From positions 384,001 through 448,000 of the forward strand of contig CAVUWA010000009.1 in the NCBI GenBank assembly GCA_963744995.1: a stretch of 64,000 nucleotides of DNA, in the 5' to 3' direction. The notes beneath the pieces were generated by a model that saw nothing but the letters and a program-made list of their open reading frames with translations, searched no databases and was not told the DNA's origin. Positions within the stretch are counted from its first letter, which is position 1. Each line of letters begins with the position of its first letter. The position numbers and the translations under genes are program-made. Below are positions 20,486 to 30,839 of the stretch, one piece after another. Source of the stretch: Candidatus Eiseniibacteriota bacterium. GTDB taxonomy: Bacteria; Eisenbacteria; RBG-16-71-46.

Positions 20486-21604
20486 GACGCTCGACCGGAC
20501 CGCCGACGAGCTGCTCGACGAGGCGCCGCCGCAGTCGCCGACCCAGATGTTCTGGCGTTCGATCCGGCGCACGCCGATCGCCATCGTGTCCGGCATCATG
20601 CTGGGGGTGTTCTACCTGATGGCGCTGCTGGCGCCGTTCCTCGCCCCGTATTCGCAGGAGGTCATGGATCGCGAACGGTTCTTCCACCCGCCGCATCACC
20701 TGCACTGGGTGGACGCGGGCGGACACTTCCATGCCCTGCCGTTCATCCATCCGATGACCCAGAAGGCCGGCTTCCACTACACCGAGGATCGATCCGTGGT
20801 GGTGCCGGTGCGCTTCTTCGTGAAGGGCGAGCCCTACCGGCTGTTCGGACTGATCCCGACGGACCGCCACCTGTACGGGGTGGACCCGCCATACCGCATC
20901 TACCTGCTGGGCACCGATCCGTTCGGGCGCGACGAGCTGTCGCGGCTGCTGTTCGGCGCGCAGATCTCGCTCACGGTGGGCCTCGTGGGCATCGCCATCA
21001 CCTTCACGTTCGGCATGCTGCTCGGCGGCATTTCCGGCTACTTCGGCGGCTGGATCGACACCGGCATCATGCGCTTCACCGAGCTGCTGCTGAGCATTCC
21101 CGGACTCTACCTGCTGATCGCGCTGCGCCAGGTGTTCCCCTCGGACATGCCGAGCACCCAGGTCTACCTGGGGATCATCGCCATCCTGTCGTTCATCGGC
21201 TGGGCCGCGCTCGCCCGCATCATCCGCGGCATGGTCCTGTCGATCCGTCGCCAGGAGTACGTCACGGCCGCCGAGGCGCTCGGCGTGGGCCGCCTCCGCA
21301 TCATTTCCCGTCACATCCTGCCCAACACCATGTCGTTCGTCCTCGTCGCCGCGACGATCTCCGTTCCCGCGTACATCCTCGGTGAAGTGGTGCTGTCGTT
21401 CCTCGGTGTGGGGGTGCAGGAGCCGGCCGCCTCGTGGGGCAACATGCTCAATCAGGCGCGCAGCCTGCGGGTGCTCAGTTCGTTCCCGTGGCTGCTCTGG
21501 GCGCCGGGCATCGCCATCTTTCTCACGGTGCTGGCCTACAACTTCCTGGGCGACGGCCTCCGTGACGCCCTCGACCCCCGCAAGGTGCAGGGAGGAAAGA
21601 CCGG

Positions 21605-21608
<4 letters not shown>
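20478..21608 (+). CDS. Peptide ABC transporter permease (OppC/DppC type)
   Basis: [36 protein letters not shown]. Confidence 0.93.
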
Positions 21609-23636
<2,028 letters not shown>

Positions 23637-23911
23637 GCCGGCCCCGCGCCGGGTGATTCCCGCGCGTGCCGTGCCGGCACGAACATCCCTGACGCAACGT
23701 CCAGCCTGCCGGCGCCGGCCGCGCGCGCGCCGGATCGGCTTCCGTGCCGCTCCAGCGCCGGATTCCCCAGCCGCGCCGGGTCGGACGGGGGAATCGCCCC
23801 ATCCCGAGCGGCGCAGCGGTCCCGGCGCGCCCCGTGCGGGCGCCCGGGCCCCGTTCCCAATCCCCTGCGGCGCAGTCGCATACGCCCCGCACTTCAGGCC
23901 CGGGCCGATCC

Positions 23912-23926
23912 CGGCACCCCGATTGC
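23912..23926 (+). promoter_or_regulatory. Candidate sigma54 (-24/-12) promoter
   Basis: CGGCAC-N5-TTGC with exact GG-N10-GC spacing, in the 700-bp gap upstream of the BMC operon. Confidence 0.4.
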
Positions 23927-24023
23927 GTTGACCTTCCGTTGTCGGCCGGACGCCAGCGGCGCCCCGCCGACGCGGACGCGAAGCCCGCCGGGCCTGCCTC
24001 CGCCGCAGCGAAAAAACCGAATG

Positions 24024-24121
24024 TGTTCCCTGGACGATTCGTGCTTGGCCGGCTGTGGGCTGATCCCCCTATCGCGAGCGAAGGAGTCTTACGGTCGCGC
24101 ACACGGTCGAATCGGGGAACA
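24024..24121. other. About 100-nt irregular hairpin, candidate structured RNA
   Basis: TGTTCCC/GGGAACA, CGATTCG/CGAATCG, GGCTGTGGG/CTTACGGTC (G-U rich on +) and a terminal TCG-cgag-CGA hairpin. Confidence 0.35.
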
Positions 24122-24237
24122 TCTTAGGGCCCCGCGCTCGCCGACCTGCAGCTTGCCAGACATCCCCGAGGCGACCGGGGCCCATCATCTTCTTCGCTGC
24201 CGCGTGATCCCGCCACCGCCCGCCGGAACCCGCTGCG

Positions 24238-24266
24238 TTGACCCCTTCCGGCAAGCTTGCTAGCGT
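24238..24266 (+). promoter_or_regulatory. Sigma70-type promoter candidate for BMC operon
   Basis: TTGACC-N17-TAGCGT with extended -10 TGn, 70 nt before the first BMC-H start. Confidence 0.65.
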
Positions 24267-24336
24267 GCGTCCGCTGACCTGCGGCCGTTCACCGTGCCGC
24301 GCGAACGTGACGACGTGACCCGGGAGGCGATGCCAG

Positions 24337-24639
24337 GTGGCGGTCGAGTCGCTCGGACTCGTCGAGACGCGAGGCTGGGTGGGGGCGGTGGAGGCGGCCG
24401 ACGCCATGTGCAAGGCGGCGTCCGTGCGCCTCGTCCGCTACGAAGTCGTGACCGATGCGTGGGTCACCGTGGTGGTGCGCGGGCCGCTGGCGGACGTCGA
24501 GGCTGCCGTCGCTGCGGGCGCTGCGGCCGCCGGGCGGGTCGGCGAGTGCGTCGTCAGACACGTGATTCCGCGTCCGGATGAACAGCTGGAAGCACCCATG
24601 GGAGGCGCCGCCGCCGCCGGTGGCGCGCCTTCGCCGTGA
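24337..24639 (+). CDS. Microcompartment shell hexamer protein (BMC-H), divergent
   Basis: [34 protein letters not shown] Pfam00936 pattern. Confidence 0.92.
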   Translation: MAVESLGLVETRGWVGAVEAADAMCKAASVRLVRYEVVTDAWVTVVVRGPLADVEAAVAAGAAAAGRVGECVVRHVIPRPDEQLEAPMGGAAAAGGAPSP

Positions 24640-24661
24640 ACCTTCGCCCAAGGAGTCGTCC

Positions 24662-24961
24662 ATGCAGGAAGAAGCGCTGGGCCTGATCGAAACACGTGGC
24701 TTCGTGGCCATGGTCGAGGCGTCGGACGCGATGGTGAAGGCCGCGCGTGTGGCACTCGTCCACTACGAGAAGATCGGCGGCGGTTACGTGACGACCGTGG
24801 TGCGCGGCGACGTCGCCGCGGTGCGCGCCGCCACCGAAGCCGGCGCCGCCGCCGCGGCGAAGGTCGGCGAAGTGGTGTCGGTGCACGTGATCCCGCGTCC
24901 GCACGGCCAGCTCGAGGACGTGCTGCCGATCCGTCGCCCCGAGCCCGCCGGCAAGAAGTAG
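24662..24961 (+). CDS. Microcompartment shell hexamer protein (BMC-H, EutM/PduA-like)
   Basis: [47 protein letters not shown]. Confidence 0.96.
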   Translation: MQEEALGLIETRGFVAMVEASDAMVKAARVALVHYEKIGGGYVTTVVRGDVAAVRAATEAGAAAAAKVGEVVSVHVIPRPHGQLEDVLPIRRPEPAGKK

Positions 24962-24970
24962 CGCCGGGAC

Positions 24971-25279
24971 ATGCTGCTCGCGCGGGTCGTGGGCACCGTG
25001 GTGTCCACGCGCAAGGACACCGGCCTCACCGGCCTCAAGCTGCTGCTCGTGCGCGAAGTCGACGCCTCGTTCGAGGCGTCGGGCGCGTTCGTGGTGGCGG
25101 CGGATGCGGTGGGCGCCGGCACCGGTGAGGTGGTGATGATCGCGCAGGGTTCCTCCGCGCGCATGACGGAGGTCTCGCGTGAGAAGCCGGTGGATGCGGT
25201 GATCACCGGCATCGTGGACGCGGTGGAGATCGACGGGCAGGACGTCTACCTCAAGCGTGACACCAGGGCGGCACGCTGA
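24971..25279 (+). CDS. Microcompartment vertex pentamer (BMC-P, EutN/CcmL family) 1
   Basis: ARVVGTVVSTRK..L.G.KLLLV, VAADAVGAG.GE, GSSAR, PVDAVITGIVD. Confidence 0.95.
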   Translation: MLLARVVGTVVSTRKDTGLTGLKLLLVREVDASFEASGAFVVAADAVGAGTGEVVMIAQGSSARMTEVSREKPVDAVITGIVDAVEIDGQDVYLKRDTRAAR

Positions 25280-26694
25280 TGGCCGTCGACGCACGCCGGG
25301 TCGAAGCGATCGTCTCGCAGGTGCTGGAGCGCCTCGGGCAGGGCCCGGGCGCGGCGGGCGGCGCGAAACCGCTCGGCGTCCACGCTACGCTCGATGCCGC
25401 CGTGGCGGGCGCCCGCGCCGCCTACGAGGCGTTCGACCGGGTACCGCTCGCGACACGCCAGGCGATCATCGCCTCGATCCGCGAGGCGCTCTCGACCCAG
25501 TACCGCACGCTCGCCGAGATCGCGGTCCAGGAGACGGGGCTCGGGCGCGTCGAGGACAAGATCCTCAAGAATCGCCTGGTCACCGAGAAGACCCCGGGCA
25601 CCGAGGATCTCGAGCCGCTCGCATGGACCGGCGACCACGGGATGACGCTGCGCGAGCTCGCCCCGTACGGTCCGATCGCGGTGATCACTCCGGTCACCAA
25701 CCCGAGCGAGACCGTCATCAACAACGGGATCTCGATGATCGCGGGCGGGAATACGGTCGTGCTCTGCCCGCATCCGAACGCGAAGCGGGTGTCGAACGTC
25801 ACGGTGGATCTCATGAACCGTGCCGCCCTGCGCGCGGGGGCGGCGCTGCCTCTGCTGCACGCCGTCGAAGAGCCCTCGATCGAGGTGGCGAAGAAGCTGC
25901 TGCACTACCCGGGCATCCGGCTCAACGTGGTCACCGGCGGCCCGGCGGTGGTCAAGGAGGCGCTGTCGGCGCAGAAGAAGTCCATCACCGCCGGTCCCGG
26001 CAATCCGCCGGCGGTGGTCGACGAGACCGCGGACATCGAGAAGGCGGCGCGCGACATCGTCAACGGCGGCTCGCTCGACAACAACATCATCTGCACCGAC
26101 GAGAAGGAAGTGATCGCCGTGGGTCTGATCGCCGACCGGCTGAAGGAGGCGTTCTCGCGCTCGGGCGCGATCGTCCTGCAGCCGCACCAGATCGAGAAGC
26201 TGCGGCGCCTGATCCTCGAGAAGGAAAACGGCCCGCGCAAATACGCGGTCATCCAGCGCCGCTTCGTCGGCAAGAACGCCGACGTGATCCTGGCGGAGGC
26301 GGGCATCCCCTGCGATCCGGGGAAGCGCCTCGCCGTGTGCGAGGTCGATCACGATCACCCGTTCCTGTGGACCGAGCTGATGATGCCGGTGATGGCGATG
26401 ACCCGCGTGCGCACGGTCGACGAGGCGATCGACCTGGCGATCGAGGTCGAGCACGGCTTCCGTCACACCGCGTCGATGCACTCGCGCAACATCGAGAAGC
26501 TGTCGAAGATGGCGCGGCTCTGCAACGCTTCGATCTTCGTGAAGAACGGCCCGAACTACGCCGGTCTCGGCTACGGCGGCGAGGGGCCGACCAGTTTCAC
26601 GATCGCGAGCCCCACCGGCGAAGGCATGACGACCGCCCGCAGCTTCACGCGCGTGCGTCGCTGCACGCTCGTCGACGCGTTCCGGATCGTGTGA
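25279..26694 (+). CDS. CoA-acylating aldehyde dehydrogenase (EutE/PduP family) with N-terminal encapsulation peptide
   Basis: TPGTEDL, PVTNPSET, VTGGPAVV, AGPGNPP, DNNIICTDEKE (catalytic Cys), ELMMP, EHGFRHTA, TGEG..TARSFTRVRRC. Confidence 0.95.
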   Translation: MAVDARRVEAIVSQVLERLGQGPGAAGGAKPLGVHATLDAAVAGARAAYEAFDRVPLATRQAIIASIREALSTQYRTLAEIAVQETGLGRVEDKILKNRLVTEKTPGTEDLEPLAWTGDHGMTLRELAPYGPIAVITPVTNPSETVINNGISMIAGGNTVVLCPHPNAKRVSNVTVDLMNRAALRAGAALPLLHAVEEPSIEVAKKLLHYPGIRLNVVTGGPAVVKEALSAQKKSITAGPGNPPAVVDETADIEKAARDIVNGGSLDNNIICTDEKEVIAVGLIADRLKEAFSRSGAIVLQPHQIEKLRRLILEKENGPRKYAVIQRRFVGKNADVILAEAGIPCDPGKRLAVCEVDHDHPFLWTELMMPVMAMTRVRTVDEAIDLAIEVEHGFRHTASMHSRNIEKLSKMARLCNASIFVKNGPNYAGLGYGGEGPTSFTIASPTGEGMTTARSFTRVRRCTLVDAFRIV

Positions 26695-27245
26695 TGCACG
26701 TCGCCATTGCTGCCGTCGAGACCAGCAGCATCGCCCAGGGCGCCGTCGTGGGCGACGCCATGGTGAAGATGGCCGAGGTCGAGATCGTCGAGGCGAGCGT
26801 GCTCTCGCCCGGCAAGTACTGGGTGGTGATCGGCGGCGGTGTGGCGGAGGTGCGGGCCTCGCACGCGCGCGGCGTAGAGGTCGCCGCCGACACGCTCCTC
26901 GATTCGCTGCTGATTCCGCAGATCCACCCGATGGTGCTCGCGGCGGCGCGCGGCACGGTGCCGCGCGGCGACGCCGACGATGCGCTCGGCGTGATCGAGA
27001 CGCTCAGCGCTTCGGCGGCGATCGTCGCCGCGGACGCTGCCGCCAAGGCGGCGCAGGTGACGTTGCGCGACCTGCGGCTCGCCAACGGGATCGGCGGCAA
27101 AGGGGTCCTGTACCTGACCGGCGAGGTCAGCGAGGTACAGGCGGCGGTGGACGCCGGCCGCGAGGAAGCGCAACGCCGCGGGCTGCTGGCCCGCGCCGTT
27201 GTGATTCCGCGTCTGCACGGGCAGATGAAGGCGCGGATCCGCTAG
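26694..27245 (+). CDS. Microcompartment shell trimer (BMC-T, PduT-like tandem domain)
   Basis: Two BMC domains: SIAQG..GDAMVK..PGKY and ALGVIET..ADAAAKAA..GIGGKG..TGEVSEV; TGATG coupling. Confidence 0.92.
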   Translation: MHVAIAAVETSSIAQGAVVGDAMVKMAEVEIVEASVLSPGKYWVVIGGGVAEVRASHARGVEVAADTLLDSLLIPQIHPMVLAAARGTVPRGDADDALGVIETLSASAAIVAADAAAKAAQVTLRDLRLANGIGGKGVLYLTGEVSEVQAAVDAGREEAQRRGLLARAVVIPRLHGQMKARIR

Positions 27246-27520
27246 TGCAGTTCGCACGCGTCATCGGCACCGTGGTCTGCACGGTCCGGGTGCCCGCCTG
27301 GCGCGGCCATCGGATGCTGCTGGTCGAACCGACCGATTCGAGCGGCGCGGCCACCGGCGGACGTCCGCTCGTCGCGATCGACCTGGTCTCGGCGGCCCGG
27401 GGGCAGCGGGTGTTCTACGTGCGCGGCCGTGAGGCGGCCAACGCGCTGCCGGATCCGGACAACCCCGCCGACGCGGCCATCGTCGGCATCGTCGACGACG
27501 TGCTGGCGGAGAAACCCTGA
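27245..27520 (+). CDS. BMC-P vertex protein 2
   Basis: ARVIGTVVCT, VAIDLVSA, GREAA, PADAAIVGIVD. Confidence 0.92.
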   Translation: MQFARVIGTVVCTVRVPAWRGHRMLLVEPTDSSGAATGGRPLVAIDLVSAARGQRVFYVRGREAANALPDPDNPADAAIVGIVDDVLAEKP

Positions 27521-27801
27521 TGTTCCTCGCGCGCGTGGTCGGTCACGTCGTGGCGACGGTGAAGCACGCGGATCTCGACGCGCGGAAGCTCCTGCTGGTG
27601 CATCCGCTCCTCCCGGACGGGACGCCGACCGGGAGAGCGGTGATCGCCGTCGACGCGGTGGATGCGGGGCCGGGCGATCATGTCCTGGTCGCCGACGAGG
27701 GCAACTCCGCGGCGCAGGTGCTCAGGCGCCCGCGCGGCCCGATCCGCACGGTCGTGGTGGGCGTCGTGGACGCCGTGGAGACCGCTGCGGACGGGGTCTG
27801 A
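27520..27801 (+). CDS. BMC-P vertex protein 3
   Basis: ARVVGHVVATVK, AVDAVDAGPGD, EGNSAAQ, VVGVVD. Confidence 0.93.
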   Translation: MFLARVVGHVVATVKHADLDARKLLLVHPLLPDGTPTGRAVIAVDAVDAGPGDHVLVADEGNSAAQVLRRPRGPIRTVVVGVVDAVETAADGV

Positions 27802-27863
27802 GGGCGGGTTGCCCTCCATCCGGTAAAACGTGCTAGATTGTGCATTCGATCGAGGGTCTGGAC

Positions 27864-28070
27864 TTGCCGATCTACGAATACCGCTGCCGGGCCTGTTCCC
27901 GGCGCTACGAAAGCCTCGTCTCGCGAGCGGAAGCGGCCGCGCCGGAGTGTCCGTCTTGTCGTTCGACCGACGTGGAGCGGCTGCTGTCTGCGTTCTCCGT
28001 CGTCGGGTCCCATGCGAATCCGGCGCCGGGTCCGTGCGGCTCGCCTGATTGCGCCTGCCGCTCGAACTGA
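27864..28070 (+). CDS. FmdB-family zinc-ribbon protein
   Basis: TTG start; PIYEYRCRAC...ECPSC...VERLLSAF; extended -10 TGCTAGATT at 27831-27839. Confidence 0.88.
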   Translation: MPIYEYRCRACSRRYESLVSRAEAAAPECPSCRSTDVERLLSAFSVVGSHANPAPGPCGSPDCACRSN

Positions 28071-28102
28071 AAACCGGGGGTCGACATCACAGGAGGTTCA
28101 CC

Positions 28103-28408
28103 GTGACCAAAGCGGATTTGGTGGAGGAGATTTCGAGCAAGACGAGCATCTCCAGGAACCACACGGCGACCATCGTAGACCATCTGCTCGAGGCCATCGG
28201 TCTCGCGCTGACGGAAGGCAAGCATCTGGAGATCCGCGGATTCGGAACGTTCAAGGTGCGTGAGCGCCGGGCGCGCCGCGCCCGCAATCCGCGCAGCGGA
28301 ACCGAAGTGCTCGTTCCCGCCAAGCTCGTGCCGGTGTTCAAGCCGAGCCGCGAGCTGAAGGCGCTGGTTCTGGATGGCGCGGAAACGCACGAAACGATCA
28401 CTGGCTGA
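28103..28408 (+). CDS. HU/IHF family DNA-binding protein
   Basis: SD AGGAGG; TKADLVEEI, LEIRGFGTF, RARNPRSG, PVFKPSRELK. Confidence 0.95.
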   Translation: MTKADLVEEISSKTSISRNHTATIVDHLLEAIGLALTEGKHLEIRGFGTFKVRERRARRARNPRSGTEVLVPAKLVPVFKPSRELKALVLDGAETHETITG

Positions 28409-28431
28409 TTCACCACGAGCAGGGAGAACGA

Positions 28432-28527
28432 ATGGGTTCGGGAAAGAAGCGGAAGCGCAAGAAGATCGCCACCCACAAGCGGAAGAAGCGTCTTCGCAAG
28501 AACAGACACAAGAAGCGCATCCGTTAG
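28432..28527 (+). CDS. 31-aa basic protein, AURKAIP1/COX24 domain (ribosomal protein bS22-like); not in ORF track
   Basis: MGSGKKRKRKKIATHKRKKRLRKNRHKKRIR*, SD AGGGAG 6 nt upstream. Confidence 0.88.
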   Translation: MGSGKKRKRKKIATHKRKKRLRKNRHKKRIR

Positions 28528-28582
28528 GCCGCGCTTTCCGGAACGGGACCCCGCTCCCCGCATCATCGGCCGCGCACTCCGT

Positions 28583-30271
28583 GTGCGCGGCCGATGGGTG
28601 TTTGATCCCGCGCGGCGCTGGCGCGGCGGTGTGGTGGAGCTGGAATGGCACGGTCGCCATTCCCCCGAGCACGGCGACTGGTGCGTTGCCGAGGTCGAGC
28701 CGGGCGGCACGGCGCAGCTCGTCGAGCTGCTCGGGGCCGAAGACCGGCCGGAGTGGGACGAGGCCGCGATCGTCTCGCAGTTCCGCCTGCGCAGCCGGTT
28801 CCCGAGGGCCGTGCTCGAGGAGACCGCGGCCCGGCACGAACCCACGGCGGCCGAAATCGCGCGTCGCGAGGACCTGCGTGACCGGCTGATCTTCACGATC
28901 GATCCGCACGACGCCCGCGATCACGACGACGCTCTTTCGGTGCGGGCGGCGGCAAACGGCCGGCTCGAAGTCGGAGTCCACATCGCCGACGTCTCGCACT
29001 ACGTGCGGCGCGGCTCGGCACTCGATCGCGAGGCCGTGCGGCGCGGCACGAGCTGCTATCTGCCGGGCGGAGTGGTGCCGATGCTGCCCGAGCGACTGTC
29101 GGCCGACCTGTGCTCGCTGGTCCCCGGCCGCGATCGCCACGCGCTCTCCGTGTTCGCCGAGCTCGACCCCGACGGCACGCTGCAGCGCTACCGTTTCGCC
29201 GAGACCGTGATCCGCAGCGCCCACCGGCTCTCCTACGAGGAGGTGCAGGCCGCGTTCGACGGGGCCGGCGATCTCGACGCGGGCCTGCTCGAGGCCTTGC
29301 AGACGCTGCGCATGCTCGCGCGGCGGCTGCGCGCCCGCCGCTTCGAGCACGGCGCGCTGGCGATCGAGGGTCAGGAGACGAAGGTGGAGGTCGACGCGAA
29401 CGGGTATCCGGTGCGGATCGAGCGCCGGGTGCACCTCGAGAGCCATGAGTTGATCGAAGAGTTCATGCTGCTCGCCAACCGCATCGTCGGCCAGGAGGGG
29501 GCGCGCCGTGCCGCAGGCGTGCTCTACCGCGTCCACGAAGCGCCGTCGCCGCACCGGCTGCTGGAACTCGACCTCGCGCTCAAGGCGCTCGCGCTGCCGC
29601 GGCTCGGGCCGATGCCGGATCCGGCGAAGGCGCTGCAGACCCTGCTCGCGACCCGCCTGGACCCCGCGCACCGCGCCCTGCTGCACCGCATGGTGCTGCG
29701 CTCGCTGCCGCGCGCCCGGTACCAGGAGCGCGACTACGGCCACTTCGGCCTCGCGACCCGCGAATACTGCCACTTCACCTCGCCGATCCGGCGCTATCCC
29801 GACCTCCACAACCATCGCCGCGTGCGCGAGTGGATCCGCGGGCAGAAGCCGGGGGCCTGGGATCCGGTGGCGCTCGCCGAGCTCGGCGTGCAGTGCAGCG
29901 CCACCGAACAGACGGCTACCGACGCCGAACGCGAGGCCGTCCGGGTGAAGGGATTGCGGCATCTCGAGGGGCGACTCGGGGACCGTGCATCGGGTATGAT
30001 CACCGGCCTTGTCCCGCGCGGCTTCTTCGTGGAGCTTCACGACGTTCCGGTGGAAGGCTTCGTGCGCGTAGGGCAGGATCTCGACGATGCATTCACGCTC
30101 GACGCGAGCGGCGTCCGCATGACGGGACGCCGCAGCCGCAAACGATTCGCGCTGGGCGACACGGTCGAAGTCACGATCGCTCGCGTGGACGTGCCGGCGC
30201 GCGAATGCGATCTTGCGCTGGTTCACCCGCGGCGGAGTTCCCGCCGCCGGCACCGAGGGAGGGTGGGATGA
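28583..30271 (+). CDS. rnr: RNase II/R family exoribonuclease (short N-terminus)
   Basis: TIDPHDARDHDDAL, VHIADVSHYV, LIEEFMLLAN, HFTSPIRRYPDL, C-terminal S1 domain. Confidence 0.88.
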   Translation: MRGRWVFDPARRWRGGVVELEWHGRHSPEHGDWCVAEVEPGGTAQLVELLGAEDRPEWDEAAIVSQFRLRSRFPRAVLEETAARHEPTAAEIARREDLRDRLIFTIDPHDARDHDDALSVRAAANGRLEVGVHIADVSHYVRRGSALDREAVRRGTSCYLPGGVVPMLPERLSADLCSLVPGRDRHALSVFAELDPDGTLQRYRFAETVIRSAHRLSYEEVQAAFDGAGDLDAGLLEALQTLRMLARRLRARRFEHGALAIEGQETKVEVDANGYPVRIERRVHLESHELIEEFMLLANRIVGQEGARRAAGVLYRVHEAPSPHRLLELDLALKALALPRLGPMPDPAKALQTLLATRLDPAHRALLHRMVLRSLPRARYQERDYGHFGLATREYCHFTSPIRRYPDLHNHRRVREWIRGQKPGAWDPVALAELGVQCSATEQTATDAEREAVRVKGLRHLEGRLGDRASGMITGLVPRGFFVELHDVPVEGFVRVGQDLDDAFTLDASGVRMTGRRSRKRFALGDTVEVTIARVDVPARECDLALVHPRRSSRRRHRGRVG

Positions 30272-30789
30272 CCCCGAAGAAGACGGCCCGCCGTGGCACG
30301 GAACGCCGGGAGATGCCGCGCGCCGATGCGCGTCTCAGCATGCGCCTGGAAGGCGAGCAGGACGAAGGCGCACGCACGCAGATCGTCACCGAGAGCCAGA
30401 ACATCTCCTGCAGCGGCGTCTACTGTTATTCGTCCCACTTCCTCGCGCCGCTCTCGAAGGTCGACCTGACGATCGTCCTGCCGCAGATGCCCGACCGCAA
30501 GACGCGCCAGGAGCTGGTGAAATGCGAGGGGATCGTCGTGCGCTGCGAGGCGACGGCGTCGCGCAGCCCGGTGCGCCACTACGAGCTGGCCTGTATGTTC
30601 TCGGATCTCGATCCGGCTCAGCGCGAGCGCATCGAAGCGTTCGTGACGTGGCGCAACATTCAGGCGCTGCGGGCCGCGACGCGCACGGTGGGCGGCATGC
30701 GCACGGTGACGCGCCCGCGCGGCGGCGCAGCGGCCGGCACGGCACGCAAGTCGGCGCGCAAGAAGACGCCGCGCCGGGCGGCGCGATAG
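30268..30789 (+). CDS. PilZ domain protein with basic C-terminal tail
   Basis: RREMPR (RxxxR) and NISCSG (D/NxSxxG) c-di-GMP motifs. Confidence 0.8.
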   Translation: MTPKKTARRGTERREMPRADARLSMRLEGEQDEGARTQIVTESQNISCSGVYCYSSHFLAPLSKVDLTIVLPQMPDRKTRQELVKCEGIVVRCEATASRSPVRHYELACMFSDLDPAQRERIEAFVTWRNIQALRAATRTVGGMRTVTRPRGGAAAGTARKSARKKTPRRAAR

Positions 30790-30839
30790 CCACGTGCCGC
30801 CAGGCGCAGGCCCCGACGCCGGGCGAGCGTGACGCGCCG

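Noticed and set aside
24024..24121. Calling the hairpin 6S RNA or SRP RNA
   Set aside because: Too short for typical 6S and lacks the SRP helix-8 CAGG-GNRA-AGCAG motif; left as an unnamed candidate.
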